Origin: Hamiltosporidium tvaerminnensis FI-OER-3-3
Taxonomy: Eukaryota; Fungi; Microsporidia
Length of the DNA stretch: 64,000 bases
NCBI GenBank assembly: GCA_022605425.2
Contig: CM061251.1
Location: 620,001-684,000, forward strand
Direction: 5' to 3'
Position numbers and translations under genes: made by a program. Position 1 is the stretch's first letter, and each line of letters opens with the position of its first letter. Shown piece by piece: positions 61,591 to 64,000 of this stretch. The notes below the pieces were generated by a model. The model saw only the letters and a list, made by a program, of their open reading frames with translations. It was not told the origin of the DNA and ran no database searches.

Positions 61591-62943
61591 ATGAAATTAA
61601 AAATATATAAAACGTTTACACAGGAAAACAACATTATAATGTCACAGGATGTTTTATTACATCTAGAGAAACATATAAGTGACACTAATACTTTAAATTT
61701 GGTATTAGAAAAATATTTAGAACTATATTCTACTTCTAAAGCAGATATAAAAAAGATAGAAAATATTTTTGATTTATTGAAATCCAAAAGTGAAAAATCA
61801 CTTGAAAGAAATTATTTTTTAATAAAAAATAACGAATTTGTAAAAATGAATTTAAAAAATAAATTTAATTTTTTAAAACAAAAAATTCAAGCAGAGATTC
61901 AGCCAATTTATAGCCTGAAAGAAAACGAAGAAACAATCATTTTTGGTATTTATTATATCAGCAGTACTAATAAACAAATACTAGAAGATATAGATAATAC
62001 AGTTGAATTGGACTTTAAATACTTAAATGATTCTATTTGTTTAATAGAAAATACATTTATTTCTGTTAAAGGAATTTTAATAAATGAAATATTCCAAGTA
62101 AATCAAGTTGTTTTGCCACAAATACTTAAAAGCAAAACGGGTGATTTGTCATTACAAAAAAACGAAAAAAAAATAATTTTTATTTCCGATTTTCTAATAA
62201 ATAAAAATTATTTAAAAAGACTTGAAAATATAATTTTATTAAATTCCAAAGTGAATATAATTGTACTCATGGGACAATTCAAAGTAAAAAATATTTACGA
62301 AGAAATCAAAGAATTTACTAACAAATTTATAAATATAAATTTTATTATTGTTCCTGATAAAAATGATATTTTTCCATCTTTTCTTCCCAAAGTATTGCCT
62401 TACAATTTGAAATATAAAAATATTTATTTTACTACCAATCCTACCACAATATTTCTGAATGATAGAACTATTTATATTATCAAAGAAGATATTTTCAGAA
62501 ATAATAAAAATAAATCCACATTTTTAGATACAAATTTTAAATCTAAATATAAGTCCTGTGATACAAATTTTAAAGATAAAACAGAATCATTGAATACAGA
62601 TTTTGAAGACGAATCTATGTCTTTGGAAACCAACAATAAAGAAAATATAAATTTAAATCCTGAACAAAATATTCAGAACAAATCTTCTTTCCAAGGCACA
62701 AATTTTAATACAAATTTCATTACAACTTATTTTTCTCAATACTCATTTGTACCTTCGTATAAAGAATATATGTCTTTTGATAATTTACCTGATCTTTTTA
62801 TTGTTGGACAAAAATCATTCTCACACTGCCAAGAAATACGAAATGTTTTGTTTGCTTCCTCCGGTGAATTTAATAAAGAAGGTGGAACATATATTTTATA
62901 CGATGCATTGCAAAACAAAGTAGAAATAAAAAGTTTAAATTAG
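61591..62943 (+). CDS. DPB2: DNA polymerase epsilon subunit B
   Basis: LED..VELD, IIFISD, IVLMGQF, FIIVPD.ND, FTTNP and LPDLFIVG match the B-subunit OB/phosphoesterase-like fold; contains a DTNF-repeat insertion. Confidence 0.8.
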   Translation: MKLKIYKTFTQENNIIMSQDVLLHLEKHISDTNTLNLVLEKYLELYSTSKADIKKIENIFDLLKSKSEKSLERNYFLIKNNEFVKMNLKNKFNFLKQKIQAEIQPIYSLKENEETIIFGIYYISSTNKQILEDIDNTVELDFKYLNDSICLIENTFISVKGILINEIFQVNQVVLPQILKSKTGDLSLQKNEKKIIFISDFLINKNYLKRLENIILLNSKVNIIVLMGQFKVKNIYEEIKEFTNKFININFIIVPDKNDIFPSFLPKVLPYNLKYKNIYFTTNPTTIFLNDRTIYIIKEDIFRNNKNKSTFLDTNFKSKYKSCDTNFKDKTESLNTDFEDESMSLETNNKENINLNPEQNIQNKSSFQGTNFNTNFITTYFSQYSFVPSYKEYMSFDNLPDLFIVGQKSFSHCQEIRNVLFASSGEFNKEGGTYILYDALQNKVEIKSLN

Positions 62944-63188
62944 TCATACATTAGACATTATATGTAATCTAAATTACTATAATGGTAATCTAAACTGTAA
63001 TTCCAATAATTAACCCCAATTCTATTTCATTGGCAATATATTTGTTTTTAATTAAACTACTATTTTTAAATCATAATTGATATTATTAAGTATTTTAATT
63101 TTTTATTTCTTTTCATTATAATTACACACAGCTATTACAAAAAATAAATAAAAAGTTAAAATATTAAATAAAATTTACACCTTTATTT

Positions 63189-63581
63189 CTAATCAGTCTT
63201 TTCTTCTATAAAATTATTAGAATCTACTAAATAATAAGGATAAAGAAATATCATCCAAAAGAAAGAAAACAAAGCAATTAAAATTTCAAGTGATACTCTA
63301 ATAACACCAACACTCTCTTTAAATCTTTCAAAAATATATAAAAAACCTTCAAATAAAAAAGAAAGCGTAATTGTAAGATAAACGTATGAATGTGTTATTT
63401 TTCTTATACTTATTATTCGTGTAAGTCCTAATATAAATGATAAAAATATAAAAAGTGTTCTTTTATTTTCTATTGTAGGTTTAGTGTTGTAATTATCGTA
63501 TATTTCTTTTATAATTATAATGAAACGAGATATCGAAATAAGAAGTAACCATTTTGTTAAAAGACCTTTTTTGTGACGCAT
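63189..63581 (-). CDS. ERG28: Erg28-like ER membrane protein (130 aa)
   Basis: KGLLTKWLLLISI (cf. yeast KGYLPKWLLFISI), conserved RT..R helix and C-terminal S..WM.....YY; four hydrophobic segments and matching size. Confidence 0.65.
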   Translation of the reverse strand: MRHKKGLLTKWLLLISISRFIIIIKEIYDNYNTKPTIENKRTLFIFLSFILGLTRIISIRKITHSYVYLTITLSFLFEGFLYIFERFKESVGVIRVSLEILIALFSFFWMIFLYPYYLVDSNNFIEEKTD

Positions 63582-64000
63582 TTATATTTTTCTTTATTGT
63601 ATATTGTAGGGTGTTAGTAATAAAGGAATATAGAAAATGAGATAAAATTTGAAAGGTTTTGTAACAATATAAGGTATAAATAATAATGAAATTTAGAAGA
63701 GGTCTTTAAGGAAATAAAGGGTGGGTTTAGTAATAAAGGAAAGAGCTATTTATTATGAAATATAAACAATGAGATAGAAGACAATTAGTGATGTTTATAA
63801 TAAAGGAAGGTGTAAGTTATGAAGATAATTGATACTTTTATATAGTTTAATAAATTTTATTTTTTCTACCCTTGAGAAGTAAATGTTATTTTTTTTAGAA
63901 TTATAGGAAGAGCTATAAAATTTTAAGAAAACGAATTTATATTGTAATTCCTAGAGTATGATTCTGGAGGAACTACTAATCGTCTAGAAGACTCGAGCTT

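Overview
Very AT-rich, gene-sparse eukaryotic DNA, most likely from a large-genome microsporidian (Hamiltosporidium-like; inferred from CCC motifs just before start codons, a 25-nt GTAAGT intron, divergent fungal-type proteins and GVN/HPVN low-complexity inserts). Recognisable genes are PGS1 (one tiny intron), type II myosin, MTQ2/N6AMT1, SMC1, a SEC66-like gene, RPC19, DPB2 and an ERG28-like gene. There are also a few hypothetical ORFs and a broken LRR-like secreted-protein gene. Much of the rest is mobile DNA: two Tc1/IS630-type DD34E transposons with tandem-repeat TIRs (one carrying an R4/Dong-like RLE retrotransposon flanked by an 11-bp TSD), a decayed RTE LINE that begins with a twister-ribozyme-like sequence, an RTE-derived bipartite SINE, a tRNA-derived SINE and integrase relics. 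The most striking unexplained element is a ~730-nt non-coding, hairpin-rich retroposed family with six long copies and one short variant in 64 kb. Its youngest copies share a 5' GGTGGAG end and an AATAAA/A tail and have perfect 15-bp TSDs. A second odd signal is the set of G-rich-then-C-rich repeat islands that invade both coding and intergenic DNA. All family assignments come from motif recognition by eye; no searches were run.
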